From: an uncultured virus (IMG/VR IMGVR_UViG_3300033153_010090)
Taxonomy: Duplodnaviria > Heunggongvirae > Uroviricota > Caudoviricetes
Length of the DNA: 20,000 bases
Reading direction: 5' to 3' (one strand)
IMG/VR virus record: IMGVR_UViG_3300033153_010090
Of this stretch, positions 1 through 7,324 are shown piece by piece. Under the pieces are notes generated by a model, which was not told where the DNA came from, did not search any database, and saw only the letters and a program-made list of their open reading frames with translations. The position numbers and the translations under genes are program-made. Every line of letters begins with the position of its first letter. Within the stretch, counting starts at the first letter, position 1.

Positions 1-38
1 CTTATGGTAGACTCCATCCGAATTCAGGAGAGTCCATC

Positions 39-284
39 ATGAGTACCATCTCTCAGCTTCGAGTTGAGATGCACGAGAAGAACGGCCGGAAGGGCCAGTT
101 CTTCGTCGGCAACATCAACCTCCCGGCAAATATTGACCTCGACAACCTCATCGTCTTCTTCTACCCAAGAGGAGATGGAGACCGAGATGTTGCCGAGCTA
201 CTCATCGAGCAGTGGAAGGACAAGAACGGTGACTCGGACAATTCGTCTCCGAATCCTCCGCAATCTCGTAGCGGTAGAAAATAG
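39..284 (+). CDS. hypothetical protein (81 aa)
   Basis: ORF with upstream AGGAG RBS; phage-like codon usage; no recognised motif. Confidence 0.7.
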   Translation: MSTISQLRVEMHEKNGRKGQFFVGNINLPANIDLDNLIVFFYPRGDGDRDVAELLIEQWKDKNGDSDNSSPNPPQSRSGRK

Positions 285-391
285 ATCAACTTTCAGTTTG
301 ACCCTCGTTCTTCAGCGGCAGTAGTCTGAATTTGATGACCCCTGTTCTCGACGAGAAATCCTTCATATAACCCTCTGTCCGGGAGAGTTCC

Positions 392-640
392 ATGGCCAAC
401 ATGGATCTACTGTCTACGTGCCCCCAATGCCGCGGGGTGTGGCTCACTTCAACCATGAATGGGGGCTACTGCCACGTTTGTGCAGGACATCGAGAAGCTG
501 CGCTGCGAAGAGCACAGCAAGTGAAACCCACCAACGTAGTGCACAGACAACACGTGGCACTACACAACGAGGCAAAGCGTGGAATCAAAGAAGCCAGACT
601 TATGTCCAGAATGCTGGAAGGAGAAACTCGACGGCTGTGA
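392..640 (+). CDS. hypothetical zinc-ribbon protein
   Basis: GGGAGA RBS; CPQC...CHVC pairs; overlaps next ORF by 62 nt. Confidence 0.55.
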   Translation: MANMDLLSTCPQCRGVWLTSTMNGGYCHVCAGHREAALRRAQQVKPTNVVHRQHVALHNEAKRGIKEARLMSRMLEGETRRL

Positions 641-929
641 TGACACCTCGGTGCAGTCAGGTCCATGCTCCTTCGGACGCTGCTCCAACGATGCTGAACG
701 CGAAGCGGAACGCATCCAGGCCCAAGCCAAGACCGTAATCCCTCAGCTGTACTGGAGACGCTGCTACGGCTGGGCCACCAACGACAAAGGCACACGCTAC
801 CCGGTCATGTCCATCGCGAACTCTGGTCACGACGGCATCACCCTGGTCCTCAGCAGCGGTACGTTGAAAGCCAAGAAGGCTTCCTCCTTCAAGATCCAGA
901 TCGACCGATACTACGACGACCGTAATTGA
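579..929 (+). CDS. hypothetical protein with N-terminal Cys cluster
   Basis: 116-aa ORF with CPEC...C...C; start uncertain. Confidence 0.6.
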   Translation: MESKKPDLCPECWKEKLDGCDDTSVQSGPCSFGRCSNDAEREAERIQAQAKTVIPQLYWRRCYGWATNDKGTRYPVMSIANSGHDGITLVLSSGTLKAKKASSFKIQIDRYYDDRN

Positions 930-939
930 CCGCGGTCAA
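926..939. promoter_or_regulatory. perfect 14-bp palindrome TTGACCGCGGTCAA, operator-like
   Basis: At a gene boundary; one-mismatch copies at 5042-5055 and 19911-19924. Confidence 0.5.
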
Positions 940-951
940 CTAGGAGACAGA

Positions 952-1416
952 ATGGTGTCCATCCCGTTGCACCCTGAGAAGGGTGTGAACCCTCGTGTCA
1001 TCGTGTGTGCGAACTGCGGAACCAGCACTGGCGTGGCCATGATGGGGAGGAAAGACAAAGTGTGGAAGTGTCTCAGCTGCAACCTCCACCACATCGGGGG
1101 AAAGCCTGAGAGTGGAAAGTGTCACTGTGGCGCGGACAACTTCGAGGACAAAGGAGCACTACCCGATAACGCCAAGATCCCTTGTGACCTCTGCGACGAC
1201 TGCATGGCAAAGGAGCAAGCGTGCGTGGAGGAGGTGGAGAAGGGCGGAGTCTACTGGCGCTGTCTGGACTGCAAGGCCACTGGCGCGATCAAGGCTGAAG
1301 CTGCCACTGCCCAGGAGGTACGAAAGGCCCATGGCATCGAGGCGCCGGCACCGTGTGGTGTGGAGGTGACGAAGGACGACTGCCCTGTTTGCAGCGAGCC
1401 TTCGGAAGAGAAGTAA
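952..1416 (+). CDS. multi-zinc-finger hypothetical protein
   Basis: AGGAGA RBS; several CxxC pairs (CANC, CLSC, CDLC, CLDC, CPVC). Confidence 0.8.
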   Translation: MVSIPLHPEKGVNPRVIVCANCGTSTGVAMMGRKDKVWKCLSCNLHHIGGKPESGKCHCGADNFEDKGALPDNAKIPCDLCDDCMAKEQACVEEVEKGGVYWRCLDCKATGAIKAEAATAQEVRKAHGIEAPAPCGVEVTKDDCPVCSEPSEEK

Positions 1417-1451
1417 AACAGCGTACAATCAGGGGCAAGGAGGAAGGACGA

Positions 1452-1730
1452 ATGGGCTCTCTGTCAGATGAATTGGTGAAGCACGGGATGGTCACTGCTG
1501 AGCGCGCCATGCGTGTCGAGCGCGACAAGGGCGTCAACGAGGTGTTCACGGAGAAGGAACGCCAGACCCAGCGGGAAAAGAAGCTCAGGAAAGTACTGAG
1601 AGACCTTCTCAAGAGCGTGGACGACCGGGGTGTGATAGCGGATCGAGTTGAGGCCTTGTCTGAGGAGTACCGCGATGTCTTCGACCAAGTCGCCACTGAG
1701 TTCTCCTTCGACGTCAACCTCGGCCGGTAG
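1452..1730 (+). CDS. hypothetical protein (92 aa)
   Basis: Start moved to the ATG after AGGAGGAAGGA; charged helical sequence. Confidence 0.75.
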   Translation: MGSLSDELVKHGMVTAERAMRVERDKGVNEVFTEKERQTQREKKLRKVLRDLLKSVDDRGVIADRVEALSEEYRDVFDQVATEFSFDVNLGR

Positions 1731-1755
1731 CGCGAGCGCCTCTTCGGAGGATTGG

Positions 1756-1944
1756 GTGAACAACAAGGTGATGGGGGCCATCCACACGGCGCGGTCCGTG
1801 ATCGATGAGCTCGAGCAACTGGTTCACTTCCATGGAGAAGAGAATCGTCTGAAGGCGAAAGCCAAGTTCGTCACGCTGAAGGACAAGGTCAACGAGATCT
1901 ACGTCGAGTGCCTCCAGTGTCCAGGTGATGAGGGGGAGCCATGA
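1756..1944 (+). CDS. hypothetical protein (62 aa)
   Basis: GGAGG then GTG at 1756; stop overlaps the next ATG (ATGA). Confidence 0.65.
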   Translation: MNNKVMGAIHTARSVIDELEQLVHFHGEENRLKAKAKFVTLKDKVNEIYVECLQCPGDEGEP

Positions 1945-2558
1945 TGACAATGCTCAAGAGGGTTTGGTTCGGTCTCTGGATCAGGGTCGCCTTCCTCCTC
2001 AACCTCCGGAAGCTCTCCTGTGGGTTCATGCGCTGGTGGAGCGGGGAGCGCAATGAGAAGAGGGCGAAACTCCCAAGGTTCAGCTCACCCAGCGAGCTAC
2101 AGACCTACGTCATGAACCGGTTCCAATACCGAAAGGACCAGTTCGAGTTGAAGGTCTTCAAGAACCGCTGGCTCTTCATGTGCGACTGGGTCACCGACCC
2201 TGAGGTCTTCCAGGCCAGGCTGGAGGACAGAATCACCAGGGATGGGGACTGCGACGACATCCACTTCTGGGCCGCGCACGCGCTCCTAGACGTCCCGGGC
2301 GTCACCGAGGTCTACCTCTTGTCCTCCGGCTTCATCGGAGGCGCCCACGCGACCACGGTATTCAAACACGAGGGGCAGTGGCGTCACCTGGACTACAACC
2401 TCTACAACCTGAAGGACCCGAACTCTGCGCCGGACGCGGTGACGGATCGGTACACCAAAGGTGGGAAGCCAAAGGAGACCACCTTCTGGAGCTTCGAGCG
2501 GGTCACCCATTCCAGCTGGAAGCCGGCCGCTATCGTCCCCATGAAGCTGCCTTCCTGA
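1941..2558 (+). CDS. transglutaminase-like cysteine protease family protein
   Basis: GDCDD catalytic-Cys motif, GAHA His, and WRHLD Asp, in the order of the transglutaminase-like Cys-His-Asp triad; hydrophobic N-terminus. Confidence 0.7.
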   Translation: MMTMLKRVWFGLWIRVAFLLNLRKLSCGFMRWWSGERNEKRAKLPRFSSPSELQTYVMNRFQYRKDQFELKVFKNRWLFMCDWVTDPEVFQARLEDRITRDGDCDDIHFWAAHALLDVPGVTEVYLLSSGFIGGAHATTVFKHEGQWRHLDYNLYNLKDPNSAPDAVTDRYTKGGKPKETTFWSFERVTHSSWKPAAIVPMKLPS

Positions 2559-2572
2559 TTTCGGTATAAGAA
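2559..2572 (+). promoter_or_regulatory. repeated phage promoter-like motif (TTTCGGTATAAGAA)
   Basis: One of 14 copies; followed by GGAGGCC RBS and ATG 2599. Confidence 0.7.
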
Positions 2573-2598
2573 TACCAGCACAACCATAGGAGGCCGAG

Positions 2599-3129
2599 AT
2601 GGATGAGAACATCGTCCGGGCGATTGGTGCAATCCTTTCGCACAGGGACAAAGAAGATCTCCGGGGAATCTTCGTTGGGTTCGCTATCGCGAAGGCGTTC
2701 GTCAACGAGAAGGGGGCTCAGGAGCTCTTCGAGAGTGGAGCCATCGCCGCTGACCGGGAGCTGAGCCTGCACCCCGGTCACGAAGGGGACGAGATCGAGG
2801 AGGTCACCAAGTACGCTGAGATGATCCGCGACTCCGCTGTGGAGTTCCTGCGGGTCAGGAAGCTCTCCGAAACCCTGCAGAAGGTTGCAGAGCTCTTCGG
2901 CCCAGAGATGGCGATCGAGTTGGCCAAGAAGTCGGGGGCCGCGGTCGTGATCGGCGACGAGAACGGTCCGGGGGTGGAAGGATCGACGATACCGGGTCTG
3001 TCTCGAGAGTTCATCGAGCAGTTCATGAAGGAGAACTGCAAGGAGTGCGGGAAGGAGGAGTGCCCTGCGCACCCCGACAACGATGACGATGTGGTGGGTG
3101 ACTACGACCCCAAGCGTCCGATACACTGA
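2599..3129 (+). CDS. hypothetical protein (176 aa)
   Basis: AGGAGGCC RBS; acidic; C-terminal CKEC...C..H. Confidence 0.85.
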   Translation: MDENIVRAIGAILSHRDKEDLRGIFVGFAIAKAFVNEKGAQELFESGAIAADRELSLHPGHEGDEIEEVTKYAEMIRDSAVEFLRVRKLSETLQKVAELFGPEMAIELAKKSGAAVVIGDENGPGVEGSTIPGLSREFIEQFMKENCKECGKEECPAHPDNDDDVVGDYDPKRPIH

Positions 3130-3275
3130 TGCTGATGTCAAAGAAACGTCAGCAGCTGGGGCTCTGGTGGCTACGCCGCGTCAACAAGGCCCTGGAGGGG
3201 AAGGACAGCCGTCGAAAGCTCGAGAAGCTGTCCCGGATGAGACCACCACGGTTCGAGCAGGAGGCCCTGCTGTGA
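3129..3275 (+). CDS. small basic hypothetical protein (48 aa, MLMSKKRQQLGLWWLRR...)
   Basis: TGATG overlap with upstream stop; ends just before a terminator hairpin; below the ORF-track cutoff. Confidence 0.5.
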   Translation: MLMSKKRQQLGLWWLRRVNKALEGKDSRRKLEKLSRMRPPRFEQEALL

Positions 3276-3280
3276 GCCGG

Positions 3281-3309
3281 AGGGAGCTGCCCTGCAGCTT
3301 CCTTTAGCC
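3281..3309 (+). terminator. hairpin + TTAGCC terminator-like element
   Basis: AGGGAGCTGC-CCT-GCAGCTTCCT followed by TTAGCC. Confidence 0.65.
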
Positions 3310-3321
3310 TCGAGGGTAGAG

Positions 3322-3633
3322 ATGGCCAAGAACACCAGACTTCAGCTCATCGACCAGGCCCTGGGTGACCTACCGGTAGGAGCTTCCAGGGACCTTCGTG
3401 TGGCGCTAGCGATAGCAGCAGCATCCGCCCAAGACGGGGAGGCCCGATCGTTCCTACACGACCTCCTGTCCATCGTGGAGCAGCGTGTCGCAAGGATGCC
3501 TGGGTACGACAGGGCAGAGATCAAGCGCATCTACAGCGCAGCGCAGACGTCCATCTCTTTCATCGACCACATCATGGCGTCAGCTCAGCCGGCGGAGGAT
3601 GAGGGAGAGAAGGACCCGTTCTCGATCAACTGA
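3322..3633 (+). CDS. hypothetical protein (103 aa)
   Basis: GAGGG RBS; helical sequence. Confidence 0.75.
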   Translation: MAKNTRLQLIDQALGDLPVGASRDLRVALAIAAASAQDGEARSFLHDLLSIVEQRVARMPGYDRAEIKRIYSAAQTSISFIDHIMASAQPAEDEGEKDPFSIN

Positions 3634-3733
3634 TGCAGCTTTCCTAACACCAGCGACAGAACGACCAGGCCGCCCAGGATTGAGGCCATGATGCTCAGGA
3701 CTGGACCCCAGACAAAGATGAGCGTCAGGCGAC

Positions 3734-4159
3734 TCATGTCTCATCCTCGGTGAGGACGGCAGGAGCCTGGTGCTCCGACCGCTCATCCTCGTCCAGGACC
3801 TCATTCGCGCTCTCAGGTGGCAGTTCACCGTCAGGCGGAGGTCCACCGGTAACCTGACGAGCAGGGGCCGCAAAGGGAGAGAGCGCGAGGCCGCCATCGG
3901 GCGTGGGCCAGAACACACCAGCCGGCGCCATGTCGGCCTGAATGCCGGGCGGCACGTAGAAAGTGCCCAAGATGGTGATGGGCGGCTTGCTAGTGTCGAC
4001 CGGAGCAGACCGAACGGACGGGGCGCCCGGGGGCGGCCCAGGAGGACCACCAGGGATCGCAGGACCTCCCATAGCAGGAGGTAGCTGACCGAGGTCAGTG
4101 ATGATCCGCCGTTCGTCCGGCGGTGGCATCTTCGGACGACCGTTGTCTCCTTCACCCAT
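3734..4159 (-). CDS. proline-rich, probably disordered hypothetical protein
   Basis: AAGGAGG RBS on minus strand; possible TTGACC-17-GATACT promoter at 4214-4186. Confidence 0.7.
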   Translation of the reverse strand: MGEGDNGRPKMPPPDERRIITDLGQLPPAMGGPAIPGGPPGPPPGAPSVRSAPVDTSKPPITILGTFYVPPGIQADMAPAGVFWPTPDGGLALSPFAAPARQVTGGPPPDGELPPESANEVLDEDERSEHQAPAVLTEDET

Positions 4160-4276
4160 GACTTCCTCCTTGATGAAACCAGCAGAGTATCATTCTGGCA
4201 CGAAGAGAGGTCAAGGACAACTTTTTGCGGTTTCTCTGTAACCACAGAAAACTCTTCTTCACTACTCACCGCCGTA

Positions 4277-4358
4277 TACCCCCCCCCCCTAAGAATATAA
4301 TACACTGAACACATGAATTGTTTATATATAGTATTAGGAGTAAGGGGGGAGGGGGGTA
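4277..4358. repeat. C11 / G6AG6 inverted homopolymer arms around an AT-rich core
   Basis: TA-C11 at 4277-4289 and G6-A-G6-TA at 4344-4358 flank about 54 nt of AT-rich DNA in a divergent intergenic region. Confidence 0.55.
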
Positions 4359-4461
4359 CTTTTTCTGTCACGGAGAGACTCTCTCTTCTCCCTGTAGAGA
4401 AATCGCCGTTGGCGATGAATGGTACATTCTCTGTTAAAACAGCGTGCACTACAGGCTTTGT

Positions 4462-4475
4462 TTTTGGTATAAGAA
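4462..4475 (+). promoter_or_regulatory. repeated phage promoter-like motif (TTTTGGTATAAGAA)
   Basis: Matches the 14-copy motif, including the downstream AGGTG. Confidence 0.65.
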
Positions 4476-4547
4476 AGGTGCGGAGAAACGGTGATGGCCT
4501 CCATGACTCCGCTGGAGGTATGGGCCCTTCGGGGCCCTGCCTCTTTT
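4476..4547 (+). ncRNA. candidate small RNA or attenuator leader with an anti-RBS segment
   Basis: Lies between the promoter motif and a GAGGTA-T-GGGCCC-TTCG-GGGCCC-TGCCTC-TTTT terminator; contains TGATGGCCTCC. Confidence 0.4.
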
Positions 4548-4566
4548 GACTTCCTGAGGAGTGCAC

Positions 4567-4950
4567 ATGTTCACGCACAAAGAGATCGTCGGGGCTCTCG
4601 ACATCAACCACCGGCAGCTTCTTTATTTTACGGATAAAGGGATCGTCTCTCCTGCTCAGCGAGCTGCGGGTCGAGGCTCCACTCATGTCTACTCGAATGA
4701 GGGCGTGGCAGAGACTCGGCTTGCCATCCTCCTGCGCGACGCGGGCTTCACCTTCGAGCGCATCAAGGACATGCTGGACGTCTACCGCGCTCTGGTGGAG
4801 GAGGTGCAGCCTGGTCATCGATTGATCATTGACGGCGACCAAGCCTACCTCTCTGACCTTGGAGAGCAGCCCTTCGACAGTCCCGTCGGTCTCTCCCTCG
4901 ACCTCACCGGCCTCGGTGCTCCGCTGCCCTCCGCCGAGAACGCCAGCTAG
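4567..4950 (+). CDS. MerR-family HTH transcriptional regulator
   Basis: FTHKEIVGALDINHRQLLYFTDKGIVSP...GSTHVYS...LRDAGFTFERIK fits the MerR winged-HTH pattern; GAGGAG RBS. Confidence 0.85.
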   Translation: MFTHKEIVGALDINHRQLLYFTDKGIVSPAQRAAGRGSTHVYSNEGVAETRLAILLRDAGFTFERIKDMLDVYRALVEEVQPGHRLIIDGDQAYLSDLGEQPFDSPVGLSLDLTGLGAPLPSAENAS

Positions 4951-4971
4951 TTCGGCCCTCCTTCTTGGGCT

Positions 4972-5043
4972 GGTGTCGCTCAGTAGCCTCCTGGTAATCC
5001 CCCCGCCAGGTCAGGGCTGCTGGGCGACACCCTTTTCTCTTTT
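4972..5043 (+). terminator. long hairpin followed by a T-rich tract
   Basis: GGTGTCGCTCAGTAGCC pairs with GGCTGCTGGGCGACACC (17 bp, two G-U), inner CCTGG/CCAGG stem, then CTTTTCTCTTTT. Confidence 0.6.
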
Positions 5044-5066
5044 GCCCGCGGTCAATTAGACCCTGA

Positions 5067-5080
5067 TTTCGGTATAAGAA
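5067..5080 (+). promoter_or_regulatory. repeated phage promoter-like motif (TTTCGGTATAAGAA)
   Basis: CCTGATTTCGGTATAAGAATA is identical to the copy at 2554-2574. Confidence 0.7.
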
Positions 5081-5247
5081 TAGTGTGAAGAAGGAACGTG
5101 AGTTCCGTCTTCGGGTCCGCTGATCCGTCTTGCGGTGGTGCGGGTCTATGTAGTCGGGTTTTACCGCCACCCGGCGAGGGTCTGTGCTTCAAAGGTACCA
5201 GGCAGACCCGGAGAGAGTGTGCGCGCTGCGGCAGCACCTCTCTTTAG
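5081..5247 (+). ncRNA. candidate structured non-coding RNA (~165 nt)
   Basis: Own promoter motif and hairpin-TTAG end; consecutive stems including GAAGA-A-GGAAC-GTGA-GTTCC-G-TCTTC (GNRA loop) and GGGTCTG/CAGACCC; no well-spaced RBS. Confidence 0.45.
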
Positions 5248-5272
5248 TTTGTACTCAGAATTCTTAGCCCCT

Positions 5273-5286
5273 CTTCGGCATAAGAC
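5273..5286 (+). promoter_or_regulatory. repeated phage promoter-like motif (CTTCGGCATAAGAC)
   Basis: Variant copy upstream of AAGGAGG RBS and ATG 5322. Confidence 0.6.
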
Positions 5287-5321
5287 AGGTAGATAGCCCC
5301 ATCTTTGCCAAGGAGGAACTG

Positions 5322-5948
5322 ATGCAGAGCATTCCAATCTCTGTGGGCAAGAAACTCGAGAAGCTCTACCGCGAGAGGATTCAGCATGGAGAGTGGAAGG
5401 ACTGGCTTCCGGTGGACTTCGATTATGGGTTCGTCTGCTGCATCGGAGCAGGCCCGTGGACACTCAAGAGACGCTACGATGTGCAAGAAGCAGCGATGAA
5501 TTGGTATCGAAGCAACGAACCCATGGAGTTCATTGGTGAGCGCCAGCTGCAGGTGAGCTGCTACCCACTGCAGTGGCAGAACAGCATGCTCGAGCGCATG
5601 TGTCGCTACCTCTACGACGGTGGCTGGACTATGGAGTCGTTTGGCTACGCGCTCATCGGTCTGGCTGAGAAAGAGATGTGGAGTGACGCGCTCCATGTTC
5701 TCCATCACGCTGCCAACAATGGCCGGCGCACCAAAGTGGTCTCGCTCTACGCACGCGACTTCTTGAAGATCCCTGCGTTCCCGATTGACCGCCATGTCAA
5801 ACGCGTACTCGTCGCGAACGGACTTCCGACGAAGGAGGACGTCCTCATCAGTGAGTGCTTGGACTATGGCCTCGACCCCTGCAGGGTGGCCCGGTCTCTC
5901 TTCTACGCCAGCGTGAGTTCGGGTAACCCAGCTCACAATTCGGAATAA
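5322..5948 (+). CDS. HhH-GPD superfamily (endonuclease III-like) DNA glycosylase, divergent
   Basis: TKVVSLY...AFPIDRHVKRV matches the HhH Lys plus the (F)PVDxHVxR catalytic-Asp motif; no C-terminal 4Fe-4S Cys cluster. Confidence 0.65.
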   Translation: MQSIPISVGKKLEKLYRERIQHGEWKDWLPVDFDYGFVCCIGAGPWTLKRRYDVQEAAMNWYRSNEPMEFIGERQLQVSCYPLQWQNSMLERMCRYLYDGGWTMESFGYALIGLAEKEMWSDALHVLHHAANNGRRTKVVSLYARDFLKIPAFPIDRHVKRVLVANGLPTKEDVLISECLDYGLDPCRVARSLFYASVSSGNPAHNSE

Positions 5949-5951
5949 GAA
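5938..5951 (+). promoter_or_regulatory. repeated phage promoter-like motif (ATTCGGAATAAGAA)
   Basis: Its TAA is also the stop codon of the upstream gene; followed by AAGGAGGCCATATG. Confidence 0.65.
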
Positions 5952-5975
5952 GAGTAGACAAACCAAGGAGGCCAT

Positions 5976-6140
5976 ATGCCAGACAACGACTCCGCTGATG
6001 ATCTCATCGAGATACTCAGCACCATCCGAGAGGACCCGGAGTACCAGCAGGGGGTATGCCCGAACTGCGACGAGCACACACTTGAATTCAACGAGAAGCA
6101 CGAGGCCTGCGAAGACTGCGGGTACTCATGCGAAAGGTGA
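5976..6140 (+). CDS. small zinc-ribbon protein (54 aa, MPDNDSADDL...CPNC...CEDCGY)
   Basis: AAGGAGGCC RBS after the promoter motif; two CxxC pairs; below the ORF-track cutoff. Confidence 0.75.
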   Translation: MPDNDSADDLIEILSTIREDPEYQQGVCPNCDEHTLEFNEKHEACEDCGYSCER

Positions 6141-6142
6141 CC

Positions 6143-6646
6143 ATGACGCACACCCATCAAAAGCTCATGAAGAAGTTGCAGGAGCTCACCCTCCAGTACA
6201 TGGAGATCGGCGAGATACTGCGGGACATCCGTGACAACGAGGTCTTCAAGGAGGAGGGCTGCAGTTCCTTCAAGGAGTACATCGAGCAGTACGCCGACAT
6301 CTCGTACGAGACCGCATACCGGTGGATGAGGATCCACCATGTCTTCGCCGGACTGCGCTTTCCGAAGGGGCTCATCCTCGGGGCCACCAAGATGTATCTG
6401 CTGTGCGGGTTGGTGACACAGGAAAACGTCACCGAGATGCTTCGCTGGGCAAACGTGGCCCCCACCGCAGAAATCCGGTTGGCTCTTCGGAGTCAACGGA
6501 ACCGCACTCTCTCCCTCTGGCTCACGGAGGCTGAGTACAAGAGAGCGGTGAAGTACATCAAAGACAGCGTCAAGGCAGGAGCTCCCACGCAGGGGAGTGC
6601 CGCGATGTTCCTCCTCGACATGGGTATGGACAAGTTGGCGGCCTAG
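6143..6646 (+). CDS. helical putative DNA-binding protein (DUF3102 / plasmid-partition-associated-like)
   Basis: IGEILRDIRDNEVF...SFKEYIEQ...ISYETAYRWM resembles the G-x-x-L-x-x-I-R...F-x-x-Y...S-x-x-T-A-Y pattern; family assignment tentative. Confidence 0.6.
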   Translation: MTHTHQKLMKKLQELTLQYMEIGEILRDIRDNEVFKEEGCSSFKEYIEQYADISYETAYRWMRIHHVFAGLRFPKGLILGATKMYLLCGLVTQENVTEMLRWANVAPTAEIRLALRSQRNRTLSLWLTEAEYKRAVKYIKDSVKAGAPTQGSAAMFLLDMGMDKLAA

Positions 6647-6651
6647 CCGCC

Positions 6652-6679
6652 GGGAGCCTCTTCGGAGGTTCCCTTAGCC
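6652..6679 (+). terminator. hairpin + TTAGCC terminator-like element
   Basis: GGGAGCCTC-TTCG-GAGGTTCCC-TTAGCC. Confidence 0.75.
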
Positions 6680-6696
6680 AAGAAACTGGACCTGAA

Positions 6697-6710
6697 ATTC
6701 GGCATAAGAA
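6697..6710 (+). promoter_or_regulatory. repeated phage promoter-like motif (ATTCGGCATAAGAA)
   Basis: Directly after a terminator and before AAGGAGGCCATCA. Confidence 0.7.
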
Positions 6711-6736
6711 AGGTGTCGGAAAGGAGGCCATCAATT

Positions 6737-7222
6737 ATGAAGGACTACCGACAGATCTTCGAAAGTGGTATTCACATGCTTCCCCAGGTCATCACGACCT
6801 GTCGCGATGCCGGAGTCAGCGACGAGGAGTTCCTCAAGCTGTGCGCTGACATCGGGAAGTATTTCACGGCAGTGTCCAAGCTCAAGAGCGCGGACGACTT
6901 GCCCGAGTTCCTTCAGCAGAAGCGGATGCGCGCGCTCGATGGTCGTATCATCAAGAGCGGCGTCGCGGTCTTCGAGCGGCTGGGCGGGGTCGACCTCGAC
7001 CTCGACTTCAGCAACGTGCCCATGGAGGAGGGCACGGAGTCGGATGAGGTCATCGAGCAGATGGTCTCCGGCTTCGAGGACCCGGCGGCGGTTCAGACGG
7101 TGGATCCCCCCATCGTCGAGGTCGCTCCGGTCGCTCCGGTCACACCGACGATGAGCTTCGCGCAGGCCGTCGTCAGCAACAAGATGAAGGAGTACGTCGC
7201 GCAGGTTCGGGGCCAGGCGTGA
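6737..7222 (+). CDS. hypothetical protein (161 aa)
   Basis: Start moved to the ATG after AAGGAGGCC; acidic. Confidence 0.85.
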   Translation: MKDYRQIFESGIHMLPQVITTCRDAGVSDEEFLKLCADIGKYFTAVSKLKSADDLPEFLQQKRMRALDGRIIKSGVAVFERLGGVDLDLDFSNVPMEEGTESDEVIEQMVSGFEDPAAVQTVDPPIVEVAPVAPVTPTMSFAQAVVSNKMKEYVAQVRGQA

Positions 7223-7228
7223 GCCTGG

Positions 7229-7260
7229 GGGATGGGGGCTTCGGCCCCTGTTCCTTAGCC
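7229..7260 (+). terminator. hairpin + TTAGCC terminator-like element
   Basis: GGGATGGGGGC-TTCG-GCCCCTGTTCC-TTAGCC. Confidence 0.75.
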
Positions 7261-7276
7261 TGAATTGAGGTGTACG

Positions 7277-7290
7277 TTTTGGAATAAGAA
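7277..7290 (+). promoter_or_regulatory. repeated phage promoter-like motif (TTTTGGAATAAGAA)
   Basis: After a terminator and before AAGGAGGCCACATG. Confidence 0.7.
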
Positions 7291-7324
7291 GGGTAGTAGG
7301 AATCAACTTTGCCAAGGAGGCCAC

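Noticed and set aside
3580..4842. 420-aa minus-strand ORF
   Set aside because: It crosses a terminator, a promoter motif and the AT-rich island, is antisense to the MerR gene, and has no RBS; a shadow ORF.
5081..5247. tRNA, SRP RNA or tmRNA
   Set aside because: No T-loop GTTCRA or cloverleaf, no SRP GGAAGGAAGCAG motif, and too short for tmRNA.
5244..6101. 285-aa minus-strand ORF, and similar antisense ORFs such as 2530-3141, 6731-7462 and 7792-8421
   Set aside because: They are antisense to well-supported genes with RBS and promoter motifs; expected in high-GC sequence.
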